A stretch of DNA of 64,000 bases, taken from positions 5,472,001-5,536,000 of the forward strand of contig CM000152.2 of the NCBI GenBank assembly GCA_000004695.1, given 5' to 3'. Positions 13,189-25,710 of the stretch are shown here, in pieces. Source of the stretch: Dictyostelium discoideum. Its lineage: Eukaryota. Within the stretch, counting starts at the first letter, position 1. The number at the start of each line of letters is the position of its first letter. The translations under genes and the position numbers were made by a program. The notes beneath the pieces were generated by a model. The model was not told where the DNA came from and did no database searches. It saw only the letters and a program-made list of their open reading frames with translations.

Positions 13189-14044
13189 TTAGAAACCAAA
13201 GTATCTTGATTTTCTTGGGCAATCTCTATTCCAACCTTCTTGACAAAGTGGAGTGACACCCCATTTGGAACCAGTGCTACATAATGATGGGAAGAAGACG
13301 TCGGTTTCTTCTTGGAGTACACCACCAATGACAACAGTGTTCTTGTTAATACCATAACCTAATTTGAAGATTTCAACAGCATCCATTGGTAATTGGTTGA
13401 AACAACGTTCACAATACATGTTAGAGACATAGGAAGCAAAGATAACTTTATCGAATTTAGCCCACATGATTGCAGCAGAGCACATTGGGCATGGTTCACC
13501 GGTGGTGTACAAGTAATAACCTTCCCAGGTGGTCTTACCATAAAGTTCTGAACAATTTAAAATAGCACGGATCTCACCATGTAAAATTGCAGATGTTTGG
13601 CCAGTATTTACACCAGTACACATTAAAGTACCATTGGAGTGGAAGATGGCAGCACCGAATTTTTGGTTAATTGCTTTGGTTACATCGATTGCAACTCTCA
13701 TATTGGTTTCATGGAAGACTTTATCGGCTGGTGATAAATCTTCAGCTTTAATTAAATCAGCCTAAAATAAATAAATTTTTAAAAAATTAAAAATGTTAAT
13801 AAAAATAAAAAAATAATTTATTTCCAATAGGAAAAAAAAAAAAGTAAACTGTTTTAAAGTAAACTGTATAAAAAAAAAAGTAAACTGTTTAAAAAAAAAA
13901 AAAAGTAAACTGTTTAAAAAAAAAAAAACTTACTGGTGCAACTGGGAAGTATGGAGATTTTGGACAGTTATTGTCACGGTGAGCTAAAGCGGAAGTTGCA
14001 AGAGCAAAGATAACTAAAATGATTGATAATAAGTTTAATCTCAT
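13189..14044 (-). CDS. Secreted CDA-fold zinc deaminase (guanine/cytidine/tRNA-adenosine deaminase superfamily) with a Cys-rich C-terminal tail
   Basis: Model is join(14044..13934, 13761..13189). Exon 1 is a cleavable signal peptide MRLNLLSIILVIFALATSALA followed by HRDNNCPKSPYFPVAP, then a GTAAGT donor. A 172-nt intron contains four copies of aaaagtaaactgttt; the acceptor is ttattttag. Exon 2 carries HGEIRAI...YTTGEPCPMCSAAIMWAKFDKVIFAS (HxE and PCxxC zinc motifs) and the tail ...LCSTGSKWGVTPLCQEGWNRDCPRKSRYFGF. Confidence 0.7.
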
Positions 14045-14221
14045 TTTTTGGATGATTGGAAATTATTGATAATTATTTGAAATAGGATACAAGTACAGTT
14101 TATGAAAAAAAAAAAAAGGTAATAATACAATATTGTAATGATAAAAAATGTAATGATATAATGATTTGATTTGTACAAAATTTATTTTCTTTTATACTTT
14201 TTTTTTTTAATGTTTTTTTCA

Positions 14222-14261
<40 letters not shown>

Positions 14262-15001
14262 TGTAAATTTCGAGTAATGTGCACAATCATAATATTTTTT
14301 AGTGATTGACACAAAACACTGACAATGAAAAATATCTTTAAAATTAGTTGAAAAAGAGTATTGTGATATTCGTTTTAGTATTCTTTTTCTTTGCAAAATT
14401 TTTTTTTTTTTAATATCTCTCACTCGCTGATTGCTCCAATCGATACGAATCTTTTGATGTATATCTATATTTTTTGAAAAAAAATAAATAAACTGTCCAA
14501 TCAAAAGATTTTAAGAACGAGCGTTCGTTTTTGTTATTAGAATGATTTATTAGACGACACTTTGCAAAGAATCTGGAAAATTGGAGAAAAAAAAAAAAAA
14601 AAAATTAAAAATAAAATAAAATGATTTTAAAAATATTTTCAAAATAAAAAGGACTATTAATCTCTAATTGGTCCAATATTTAATAAAAAAAAAAAAAAAA
14701 AAAATATCTGAAAGTGTTTGAAAAAAAAAAAAAAAAGACGATAAATTTTTTAAAAATGCAACCAATCAAATTTATCCAATTATTTTCATTTTTTTCGTAT
14801 TTTATTTATATTTTTTTATTTATTTTTTCCTTACAAAGCACCCCAATGGCATCATCTTTATCTTTTTGTCTTGCACAGAAATTTTTTTTTTTTTTATTTT
14901 TTTTTTTAAACCATTGAAAAGAAGGAATGTATATTAGTAAAAAAAATTAAAAAAAAACTTTGTGCAATATGTTAATTTGAAGACATGTCTATTATGAACT
15001 G

Positions 15002-15038
<37 letters not shown>

Positions 15039-15366
15039 CTGATTTCCATAGGCCTAGAACTATAATAAAAAAAAAAAAAAAAAATCTTAAACCGTCTAAA
15101 ACTTTTTGATAAGAAAAAAAAAAATAAAAAAATAATAAATAAATAAAAAAAATATTGAAAAGTTTTTTTTTTTTTGTTATCATCTTATTTTAAAAAGACC
15201 TTTTTTTTCCTTTTTTTTTTTTTTTTTTTATAGAAAAATAGAAAACTTAAGATTTTTAAAAACTATATAACTAGATATATATAAAAAAAAAAAAAAATTT
15301 TTTTTTTTTTTTTTCTTTCCAAAAATAAAATATAACAAAAAAAAATCGGGTGATAGTTTTTTTAAA

Positions 15367-17804
15367 ATGAAAATTAAAAATTTTATTTATTTTTTAATAT
15401 ATTTTATATTTTTATTTAAAGTTATAAATGGACAAAATAAAACATGTAAAATTTCAGTACTTTTATCTGGTGATAAATCAGATCTTGGTTATAATTATAT
15501 GATGAATGAAGCAAGAGTTTTAGCCGAAAGTCAATTACATATGTATCCATTTTCAATTTATTATGAACATTTGGAAGAATCAACTTTAGAAGCTGAACAT
15601 GCTATTCAAGATTCAGTTGATAAAGGTGCAAATTTAATAGTTGTTTCATCAGTAATTCATTTTTCATTGGGTGTAAAATATGCAACAAAGTATAAGGATG
15701 AACCAATTTATTGGATTATTAGAGGTAGTAAATTAGTACCAACTTTACCAAAAGTTGTAATTTTAAATTTTAATTCATTCGAACTTCATTATCTTTTGGG
15801 TTATTATGCTGGTCTTGCAACAAAAACTGGTGTAGTTGGTTTCGTTTCACCAGGTATTGGAATTAATACATTATCATGTGATAATAGTTTTTATATTGGT
15901 GCTAAATATGCTAGATCAAATATTACATTCCTTGACATTCATACTGGTTCATGGTATAATCCAGAAGTTTCTTATAAAGCAGCTCAAAAATTAATTGAAA
16001 ATGGTGCAGATGTAATTGGTATGTCTCAAGACGATATGTCCGTTCAAAAAGCTATTATGGATTCCGGTGGTCTTGGTCTTGGTGTTACTGGTTATCCTGG
16101 TCATTATCAATTTGGTTCAGATGTTGCTTATAGTTATTTAACCAATTGGACAAATCTTTTCATCACTTATGCAAACCACGTTATCAATGATGATTGGCCA
16201 GCATTTGATTCATTTTTTACAAATTTATCAAGAAAAGATGCAATCTTTATGGATGATTTTAGTTTTAGAGTACCAATTGATATTCAAACAAAAACTAAAA
16301 TTGAATTAGAAAATTTAATGAATACTTCATATGCACCATATAAATCTGATCCAATTCTTGAATCAATTGGTTTACAATTTTCTGGTAATTGGATTAATGA
16401 TACTCAATTTAGAGCAAATACTAAAATTTTACCATCATATGGTGATTCAACTGTAATTTATTTTGGTTTATATACAATTCCAATTGAATTTGTAAAGTAT
16501 AATTAATTTTTTATAAAAAAAAAAATAAAAAATAATAATAATAATTTATTAATATATAATTTTTTTTTTTTTTTTAGGTTGATTATCCAGAATCATTAAA
16601 AATTGGTGTTACAGTTGTTTCAGGATTTTGTATATTTTTATGTTTAATTTCAATGATAATTGTTATTAAATTTAAAGAAGCAAAAGTTATTAAATCATCA
16701 AGTCCAATATTTTGTTTATTAATTTTATTTGGTTGTATTGTAATTTTTGTTGGGTGTATAATGTTTGCAAGATCACCAACCGATGGTAGTTGTCGTAGTA
16801 GAGTTTGGTTATTAAGTTTGGGGTATACAATTTTCTTGGGTAATTTAATGGTAAAGAATTGGAGAATTTGGTTATTATTTGATAATCCAAAATTAAAGAA
16901 ACGTGCAATTACAAATTGGAAATTATATCCATGGGTAAGTGGTATTGTTATAATTGATATTGTAATTCTCTCAATTTGGCAAGCATTGGGTGATATTGTA
17001 GCTGAATCTAGAACTGGTATTGACTCATTAACAAAATATGAATATAGAAATGTTTGTGCATCAAGTGATCAAGGTTCAATTGCACTTTATTTGCTATTGG
17101 TATTCCATGGTTTAATTCTATTGGTTGCATGTTTTATTTCATTTAAAATTAAAGTTGTCGATATTGAAGAATTTAATGAATCAAAACCAATTACTACCAG
17201 TGTTTATATTATCACATTTTGTTTATTCATTGTAATTCCAATTATGGTTTCGTCACCAACCGTTACAACTCAAACTACAATCATTTGTATTTGTGCTTTA
17301 ATTACAACAATGTTAAGTATCATTCTATTGTTTGGTACTAAATTCTTTAAAATGATAACAGTTGGTTTAGAACTTGGTCAAACTTTTGTAACAAGTACAA
17401 AATCTTCATCACATTCTCAAAGAACAAAATCTTCCAAATCTTCAAATGGTTCTGGTCCAAAAATTAATGGTTTCGGTGGTAATGTTTTAAATCTTGATGA
17501 TGATTCCGATGAAATATCTTCTGAAAAAGAAAAAAAGAAACCAATTGAATCAAATCCAAAAGATCATATGGCTGTTTTTACAAGTGATGAAGAAACAAGT
17601 AAAGCAAGTAAATTTAGTTCTGAACAATTTAGTAGAGAACAAATAAATGATAATATTATTCTTGAAAATAATAATGATAATGAAGAAAAACAAAAAGATG
17701 AAGAAGAAATAAAAGAAGAAAAACTTTTAGTATCAGAAATTCAAGCAAAGAGATTATCACTTGAACAAAATGGTCAAACTGAAATTGATTCGAATGATGT
17801 TTAA
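15367..17804 (+). CDS. Family C (GABA-B/metabotropic glutamate-like, Grl-type) GPCR with N-terminal Bmp/PnrA-like periplasmic-binding-protein domain
   Basis: Model is join(15367..16491, 16578..17804); the donor is GTAAAG at 16492 (or GTATAA at 16498), the acceptor is poly-T + AG, phase 0. A signal peptide and a Bmp-like PBP1 domain are followed by seven predicted TM helices (KIGVTVVSGFCIFLCLISMII ... ) and an acidic/Ser-rich tail. Confidence 0.7.
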
Positions 17805-17816
17805 ATTAATGATATC

Positions 17817-17854
<38 letters not shown>

Positions 17855-17896
17855 AAAAAAATATATATATATACATGATTTAATTTTATAGAACCT

Positions 17897-17932
<36 letters not shown>

Positions 17933-18055
17933 ATAATAATGTGTTTTTAATGTAATAATAGTAGTTCAAAATTTTATAACAATAAAAATAGTTTATAATT
18001 TATATATATAATATATTTTAATTAACAATTTATATATTAAATCCTACACTAGTGT

Positions 18056-18108
<53 letters not shown>

Positions 18109-18515
18109 TATCATTTATTTAAACATCATTCACTTATATTTTGAAAAAAATTAAAGGGGGTTTTTTGTTTGGAAAAAAAAATTTGAGAATGAAAATTCTT
18201 TATAATTTTCCAGTGAAACCATTTCTATATTTTAATCTCTGTTTTTTTTTTATTTATTTATTTTTATATTTTTTTTTTTTTTTTTTTGTGTCACCACAAG
18301 AGCCATATCCATTTGCTTGAGAGATATTTTGAATAAAAAGTAATTATTTTTAAAATTTTTATTTTTTTTTTAAATTTTTTTTTTTTTTATTTTTTTTTTT
18401 TTTTTTCAAAATTCTTTTTTTCTTTTTTTTTTTTTTTTTTTTTATTTTTTTTTTTTTTTATTTTCATTTTAATAATTCGCACAAAAAAAAAAAAAAAAAA
18501 AAAAGTAATAAAAAA

Positions 18516-19077
18516 ATGTCAATTAAATCAATCACAGCCTTAATTTTTGTTGTTTTATGTATTGCAATTTCAAGTGCCGATATTTGGAGCTATTGTCCAG
18601 GAAATATTGATGCAACTTTTACAATTGATACACTCACAGTTTCACCAGATCCACCATTAATTGGTAAAGCAGCTTTCGTCAAATTAGCAGGTTCTTTAAG
18701 TGATGAAGTTACTGAAGGTGAATCAGTCTTTAGTCTCCAATATTACATTGATGGTGCTTGGAGAAATCTTCCAACTTTCAAAAACGATGTTTGCAAATTA
18801 CTCTCTTGTCCAGTTCAACCAGGTCCACTCGTTTTTAACACTACTATTAATGTCCCATTCATTACTCCACCAGTAAGTTTTTAAAATCTAAACACTTTTT
18901 TTGTTTTTCTTTTCTTCTTTTCTTTTACTACAAATAATATTCAAATTACTAATAAAAAAAAAAAAAATTAAATTAAATTAACAGGGTCAATATCAAGGTA
19001 CTCTTCAATTAACTGACCAAAATAACAAAAACATCTCATGTTTAACTTTTGCAACCACCTTAGCTTATTCAATCTAA
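18516..19077 (+). CDS. ML-domain (MD-2-related lipid-recognition, NPC2/Der p 2-like) secreted protein
   Basis: Model is join(18516..18872, 18985..19077) with a GTAAGT donor and ...aattaacag acceptor. A signal peptide and a Cys pattern (SYCPGN...CKLLSCP...SCLTF) are shared with the paralog at 19825. Confidence 0.7.
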
Positions 19078-19509
19078 AGGAATTCCAAAATAAATATTTA
19101 TTTACTGAAAAAAAAAAAAAAAAAAAATCAAAACAAACAAAACCTCAACATTGTTGAGTCGACTCCAAAGTTTCTTAAGTATTTATAGTTTTTTATAATA
19201 AATTAGTTTTTGGGGTTCTCATTAAAAAAAAAAAAAAAAAAAAAAAACAGATTTAAAATTATTTTATTTTTCTTTTGTGGTGAAAAAAAAAAAAAAAAAA
19301 AAAAAAAGATAAATCTTACAAGATGGGTGTTTTTTTAATTATTTTAATTTTGATTATTTGTTTTAAATATTTTTTAAATTAAAAAAAAAAAAAAAAAAAA
19401 AACAAAAAAAAAAAAAACCCTTTAAAAATTGAAATTGGATATTAGAGATTTACTATTTAAAGTTAATCAACAATTTATAAAAATGCATTTATAATTATTC
19501 TAACCCTCT

Positions 19510-19690
19510 CTGGTTTTTTTTTTTTTATTTTTAATATGATTCAATTTTTTTTATTATTTTTATTATTTATTTTTATTATTTTATAATATTTATTATTTTT
19601 TTTTTTTTATTTTTAATATGATTCAATTTTTTTTATTATTTTTATTATTTATTTTTATTATTTTATAATATTTATTATTTTTTTTTTTTT
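19510..19690. repeat. Direct tandem duplication (2 x ~82 bp) in intergenic DNA
   Basis: The unit tttttttttatttttaatatgattcaattttttttattatttttattatttatttttattattttataatatttattatt occurs twice in tandem. Confidence 0.7.
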
Positions 19691-19824
19691 TTTAATTTTG
19701 AATAATAATTTTTTTTTTTTTTCTTTTTCTTTTTTTTTTTTTATTATATTTATTTTCTATACATATAAAAAAAAAAATTTAATAATTATTAAAAATAAAT
19801 AATCAAAATAAAAAAAATAAAAAA

Positions 19825-20262
19825 ATGATAAAAACTATATTATTATTATTAATAAATTTTATGTTAATTTTGATTGTAAATGGTGATATATGGAATTATT
19901 GTGACGGTAATATTAATCCAACATTTAAAATTAATAAACTTACATTATTACCAGATCCACCATTAGTTGGAAAAGAAGTTACAATAAGTTTAGAAGGATC
20001 ATTAAATGAACAAATAACATCAGGTTCATCAATATTTAATGTTGCATTCTTTATTAATGGTGGTTGGCGTCAACTTCCAACATTCCATAATGATATTTGT
20101 AAAGTTTTAAGTTGTCCAGTTTCTGCAGGTCCATTCACTTATTCAACTTCTATTAAAGTTCCAATCTTCACTCCACATGGTCAATATAAAGGTCAATTAA
20201 CATTAACTGATCAATCAAATAGAAATGTTACTTGTCTTACTTTTCAAACTTATTTAAAATAA
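19825..20262 (+). CDS. ML-domain (MD-2-related lipid-recognition) secreted protein, intronless paralog
   Basis: Single 145-aa ORF MIKTILLLLINFMLILIVNGDIWNYCDGN...CKVLSCP...TCLTFQTYLK, roughly 55% identical to the 18516 gene. Confidence 0.7.
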   Translation: MIKTILLLLINFMLILIVNGDIWNYCDGNINPTFKINKLTLLPDPPLVGKEVTISLEGSLNEQITSGSSIFNVAFFINGGWRQLPTFHNDICKVLSCPVSAGPFTYSTSIKVPIFTPHGQYKGQLTLTDQSNRNVTCLTFQTYLK

Positions 20263-20419
20263 TTTAAAAAATAATAAAATAATAAAATAATAAAATTAAA
20301 TATACATATAAATAAAAAAACATACTAAAAAAAAATTTAACAATTAAATAGAAATAAATAAAAAAAATATAAAATCAAAATATATAAATAAAAATTATTA
20401 TAATTAATATTATTTTAGT

Positions 20420-20462
<43 letters not shown>

Positions 20463-20545
20463 ATTTTGTTTTATGACTTTATATATATATTTTTTTTTTT
20501 TTTTTATACTTTTATTTATTTATCATTATTATTTTTTTTATTTAT

Positions 20546-20846
20546 TTAAGAAACAATACGCTTTTTATTTTGAAAATCACTATCAATTACAATATCAGGA
20601 CTAAAAGGTGTTTGAAATGATAATTGTGAAGAATGGTGAGATGAACTGAATGGGGCTTCAATTGTATTAAAATCTGAAAAGAAATCATTATTTTGTTGAA
20701 CTACCATTGATGAATTATTAATTTGATTGATTGGTTGATCAACATCATCTCTTTTTCTTTTCATTGATGAGGTACTACTTGGTGAATTCATTATATCCAT
20801 CATCATACCAAATTCAAATCCTTGAGTTAATGTATTATGTTGATGG

Positions 20847-20882
<36 letters not shown>

Positions 20883-21010
20883 ATTTGTGTTGGTGAATTT
20901 CCACTTTTTTTACTATCTACAATTGGTTTCACTTGAATCTCTTCTTTATCTTGTTGAATTTGTGTTTGTGTTTCTAAATCTGATGTTTGGACTTGAATCA
21001 TAAAATCTTC

Positions 21011-21095
<85 letters not shown>

Positions 21096-23258
21096 GGTGG
21101 TTGTTGTTTTGAATGTACATTTTCTTCTTTTACCTCTTTATTTTGTTGTTGTTGATGATTTTCATCTAAAAGTTCCAAAGAAATAACTGGATCAATTACA
21201 ATATCTAACATAGGTGTTGTATTAGAATTGATAGTTGAGGATGTAGAAGTTGTTGGAGTGATACTATTTATTGTTGTGGTTGTTGTTGTTATAGTTGGAG
21301 GTGATGTTGTTGTTGTTATAGTTGGAGGTGATGTTGTTGTTGTTATAGTTGGAGGTGATGTTGTTTTTGTTGTTGTAGTTGTAGTTGTAATTGTTGGTGG
21401 TGATATAATAGTTGGTGTTGTGGTTGGAATTGTATTTGTTATTGTTTGTGGAGTTGAGGTAGTTGATGTTGTTGGTGGCATAACTGTAGTTATTGGTAAA
21501 TTTTTATCATCACTACTAATAGTAGCTGTATCATCATAAGAACTATTATCAAAAGTAAAAGAATCATCAATATATGAACCTAAACTATCCATATTAATTT
21601 CAATTGGAAAATTCATAGAATTATCAGGTTCTAATTTAAGTTCCATATCAATTACATCTTGTTGTTCAGGTGATGAATTATTTGAATTATTTGTTGAATT
21701 TGGGACACTTGATGTGTTGTTGTTATTATTATTATTAATAATATTATTAGTACTATTGGTAGTAGTACTACTATTATTATTATTAGTAGTACTATTGTTG
21801 CTGCTGTTGTTGCTATTTAAACTATTTGATTGATCATTACTATTTATAATTTGTGAGTCACTACTTGATAAATATTTATTTTTATTTTTTTCAGGTGTAT
21901 CTGGAAATGGAATTGTATTTGATAAAAAACTTAAAAGATAATTAAGTTGTGCTTCATTTACTAAACCATTCTTCCAATCTAATTTATCCTGATTTGATCT
22001 ACTATCCATATCTTTATACATATTATCTAATTTTAATCTTTCTGTTATCTAATAAAATAAATAAATACATATATATATATATTAATAAAAATATATTTTT
22101 TTTTTTTTTTTTTTTTTTTTATATATATATATATTTTACTCTTGTTGTTTTTTTATTTGCAACTAATCTTCTTAAAGCATCTAATATTAAACGACCCCAA
22201 GTTGGATTATTTTTAGAGGAAGGTTCATCATGAATAATTGGGATATCGAGAATGTATTCTAAACTACTCGGTATTTCTGCGCCCCTATTATTCGACATTA
22301 CTGATGGATTGGTTGGTATTTTATGATAGGTACGAGTTGCAGATTTTATATATTTATCTTCTGGACCTAAAAACATTTGATTAGGATTAAATGGTAATAC
22401 TTGATCCATTGTATAGGCTGTTGGTAATAATTTACTAGAATTTGATAATGATGATTTCTCATTATCAGTTCCACTATCATCACCTTTATTTGGTGTTGTA
22501 TTTTCTTTATTTTTTGTAGAATTGGTTGTTGGTGTTGATGGTGTTGATGATGATGATGTTGTTGATGATGATGTTTGTGAATTGCTATTTGATTTTGATC
22601 TAGGTTTTGATTTTGGTTTTGTAGTTGGAGTAGTGGAAGTTGTTGGTAATGATGATGTTGATGAGGATAATGAATTTGAAGTTGTTATATTATTATTTGA
22701 TGATGCTAGAGTATTTGATGATTGTGTTAAAGTTGAAGGAGATGATTTATTTAATGGATTTGTTGTTGTTGTTGTTGTTGTGGTTATTGGAATACCACCA
22801 TTGTTAAGTGGTGATGGTTTTGGTTTTATTTGAATTTGTGGTTGAATTGGCATACTATTTACCATTGCTCTACTCATAGTTTGTTGTTGTGGTGATGGTC
22901 CAATGATTGCACCAGTTGGAGAAGTTCTAACAAAGCCACCACTTATTGGTCCACGTGGACCCATTGTACTATATGGTGGTGGTTTAGCTGTTATAGAATT
23001 AATTGGAACCAATGGTTTTACTGCTAATCCTGCACAACATTTACCTTGACAAGGAACTCTCTGTATATTTTGTTGTGATTGTGATTGTTGTTGTGATGAA
23101 CTCATAGGTTGTTTTGATACCATTCCAACCATTGGTGATCTATTGATTGTTAATGGTGTGCCAACTCTATACTGTGTTTGTTGTTGTTGTTGATAAATTA
23201 CACCTGGTTGTGGTTTATAATTTGATTGTTGAGGTAAAGGAGCTGTACGATTTATATT

Positions 23259-23310
<52 letters not shown>

Positions 23311-23583
23311 GGATTTATGGTACGATTTACATTTACTTGTTGTGATTGATTTGGTTGTTGCTGTGGTACTGATTGCTGAATTGTTTGTTGTGGTATTGAT
23401 TGTTGTGGTACTGATTGTTGTGGTATTGTTTGTTGTGATTGTGGCTTTTGTTTTAAACTTGGATTACTATTCGTTATAACTAATTTAAGAGGTGGTGCAG
23501 CTCTTGGTTTTGCTGTATTATTGTTTATATTTGATTGTTGAGTTTGAGTTGGTTGTTGTATTGTTGATGATTTTGCTTGATTT
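20546..23583 (-). CDS. Large Ser/Thr/Pro/Gln-rich low-complexity protein, possible winged-helix-like segment; 5' end interrupted by an assembly gap
   Basis: Two minus-strand ORFs are joined by a 91-nt intron: the upstream exon ends at 22140 (AGA then GTAAAA donor), the acceptor is ttttattag, the downstream exon is 22048..20546, both phase 0. Long (TTG)n poly-Q and SPPTITTTT repeats are present. A segment ...PTWGRLILDALRRLVANKKTTR|ITERLKLD... may be a winged helix. The start codon is not identifiable because of the N run at 23584-23683. Confidence 0.5.
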
Positions 23584-23683
23584 NNNNNNNNNNNNNNNNN
23601 NNNNNNNNNNNNNNNNNNNNNNNNNNNNNNNNNNNNNNNNNNNNNNNNNNNNNNNNNNNNNNNNNNNNNNNNNNNNNNNNNNN
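23584..23683. other. Assembly gap (100 N)
   Basis: Run of n characters; the ORF-track X residues derive from it. Confidence 0.99.
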
Positions 23684-24379
23684 TTTTTTTTTTTTTTTTT
23701 TTCAATAATTAATAAAATAAATAAATATTAAAAAAAAAAAAAAATTTTAAGATTCAAAATCATCAAATTTAAAAAAAAAAAAAACTTATTTTAATCTTGT
23801 TATTATATAACCAACCAACCATTATTTTTATATAATTTTATTAAATTTTTTTTTTTTTATCCCATTTATTTGTTTAAAAAAAAAAAAAAAAAAAAAGATA
23901 GTAAGTATTAACTTCTTAATAATTGAAATAAATTATTTTTTTTAAAAAGAAAAACAAAAAAAAAATTAAACAAAAAATGTTATCAAATATTATTATTCTT
24001 TACATTTACTTTTATTATTATTATTAGTAGTAATTTTTTTTTTTTTTTTTTTTTTTTAATTATTTCTTTTTTTCATGTTTTAATTTGATTTATTTTTTTT
24101 TTTTTTTTTTTTTTAATATTTAAATAATAATAAAATCTTCCCTCCAATTGTTATTTTATTAAAAAATCTACCTCAAAATATATATATTTGCAAAAATAAA
24201 AAAAAACCCCTTTGCGTACATATTTATAAATAAATTTATTATTTGTATAAATTTAGTATAATACACAACAAGCATTACCACTAATATAATAGTGGAAATA
24301 ATATTTATATAATATTCGACCATCTCAAATCCTTTAATTGTATAACAGCAATTAATTTTTTAAAATTTTAAGATTTTAT

Positions 24380-24422
<43 letters not shown>

Positions 24423-24511
24423 TATATTATTTATTATTTTATAATTTTTTTTTAAAACATGTAGAATTAATATTTAACCCCTCATCCTTTCGATTTTTTT
24501 CATTGTTTAAA

Positions 24512-24556
<45 letters not shown>

Positions 24557-25176
24557 GAAATTAATAATTTGTTTTTTTTTTTTTAATTTTTAAAGAAAAC
24601 ATCATAATGGGGCCCAAAAATGAGTACAAACACACCAATTTTTTTATAGTTAATTAATTTGATCTCACAATATATTGTTAGTTAAAAAAAAAAATAATAA
24701 TTTAAACTCTTTATATTTGAGTGTGTGTGTTTTTTGGTTTATTTTTTAATTTTTTAAATTTAAATTTTTTGTGGTTTTTTTTTTAAATTTAAATTTTGTG
24801 TGAATGTGTGTTTGCCATCCATTCAATTAATTTCTCATTTTCATTCATCAAAAATTAGTTTATTTTTGTCAAATTTATTACACAACAACTACAACAACAC
24901 CCCACCTCAAATTTTAACCACTCAAAAAAATAAAAAAAAAAAAAAAAAATACACCTTGTTTTTATTTTTTTCTCTCTACCACAATTACTCCTAACAAACA
25001 CTAAATTTAAAAAAAATAGCATCATACAGTACTGTAGAAGCAGGCATATAGTATTGTTAAATTTAATTAATTGTAATTTGAGATTGTTTGTTGTTTTGTT
25101 ATTGTTATCATTTGATTTGGAGTTTTGTTTTTTATATTCATTTTATTTTATATTTTATTAATTTTATTTTATTAAT

Positions 25177-25271
<95 letters not shown>

Positions 25272-25429
25272 TTTACTATTTATAAGTTTTAAAAAAAAAA
25301 AATATAAATATACATTTATCATTTCAACTAATAATAAATAATAATTATAACCAATTATAAGTCCTTGCACGTGGTTTCCAAATAAAAAAAAAATATATTA
25401 TATTTAGTATTATTAAAAATTTAATTTTA

Positions 25430-25475
<46 letters not shown>

Positions 25476-25710
25476 ATTCTCAATAATTAATTTTCTTCTT
25501 ATTATTATTTTTCTTATTTTTATTATTTTTTTTTATAAAATTCAAATAATTTCAAATAATTTTCATTTTTTATAAAATCATTTATTTTATTTTATTTTAT
25601 ATATTTATTTATTTATTTATTGTATTTATTTATTGTATTTATTTAATTATTAAATTCAATATTAACATTTTTGTACATAATTTTCTTTAAATTGAATTAT
25701 TAGAATACCA

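Noticed and set aside
14253-14917. Small ORFs 14253..14504 (-) and 14714..14917 (+)
   Set aside because: They are Lys/Phe-rich translations of A/T intergenic DNA between divergent genes. There is no domain, no splice-consistent partner exon, and they overlap promoter homopolymers.
21228-23479. Poly-Val plus-strand ORFs (21228..21539, 22522..22833, 23147..23479)
   Set aside because: They are antisense to (TTG)n/(ACA)n tracts of the large minus-strand S/T/Q-rich gene, pure homopolymeric translation.
24600-25100. Moderately C-rich stretch with the ACAGTACTGT palindrome upstream of the P450 gene
   Set aside because: There is no ORF, no recognisable ncRNA structure and only a single short palindrome. 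It is most likely promoter/5' UTR sequence, so I did not call it a feature.
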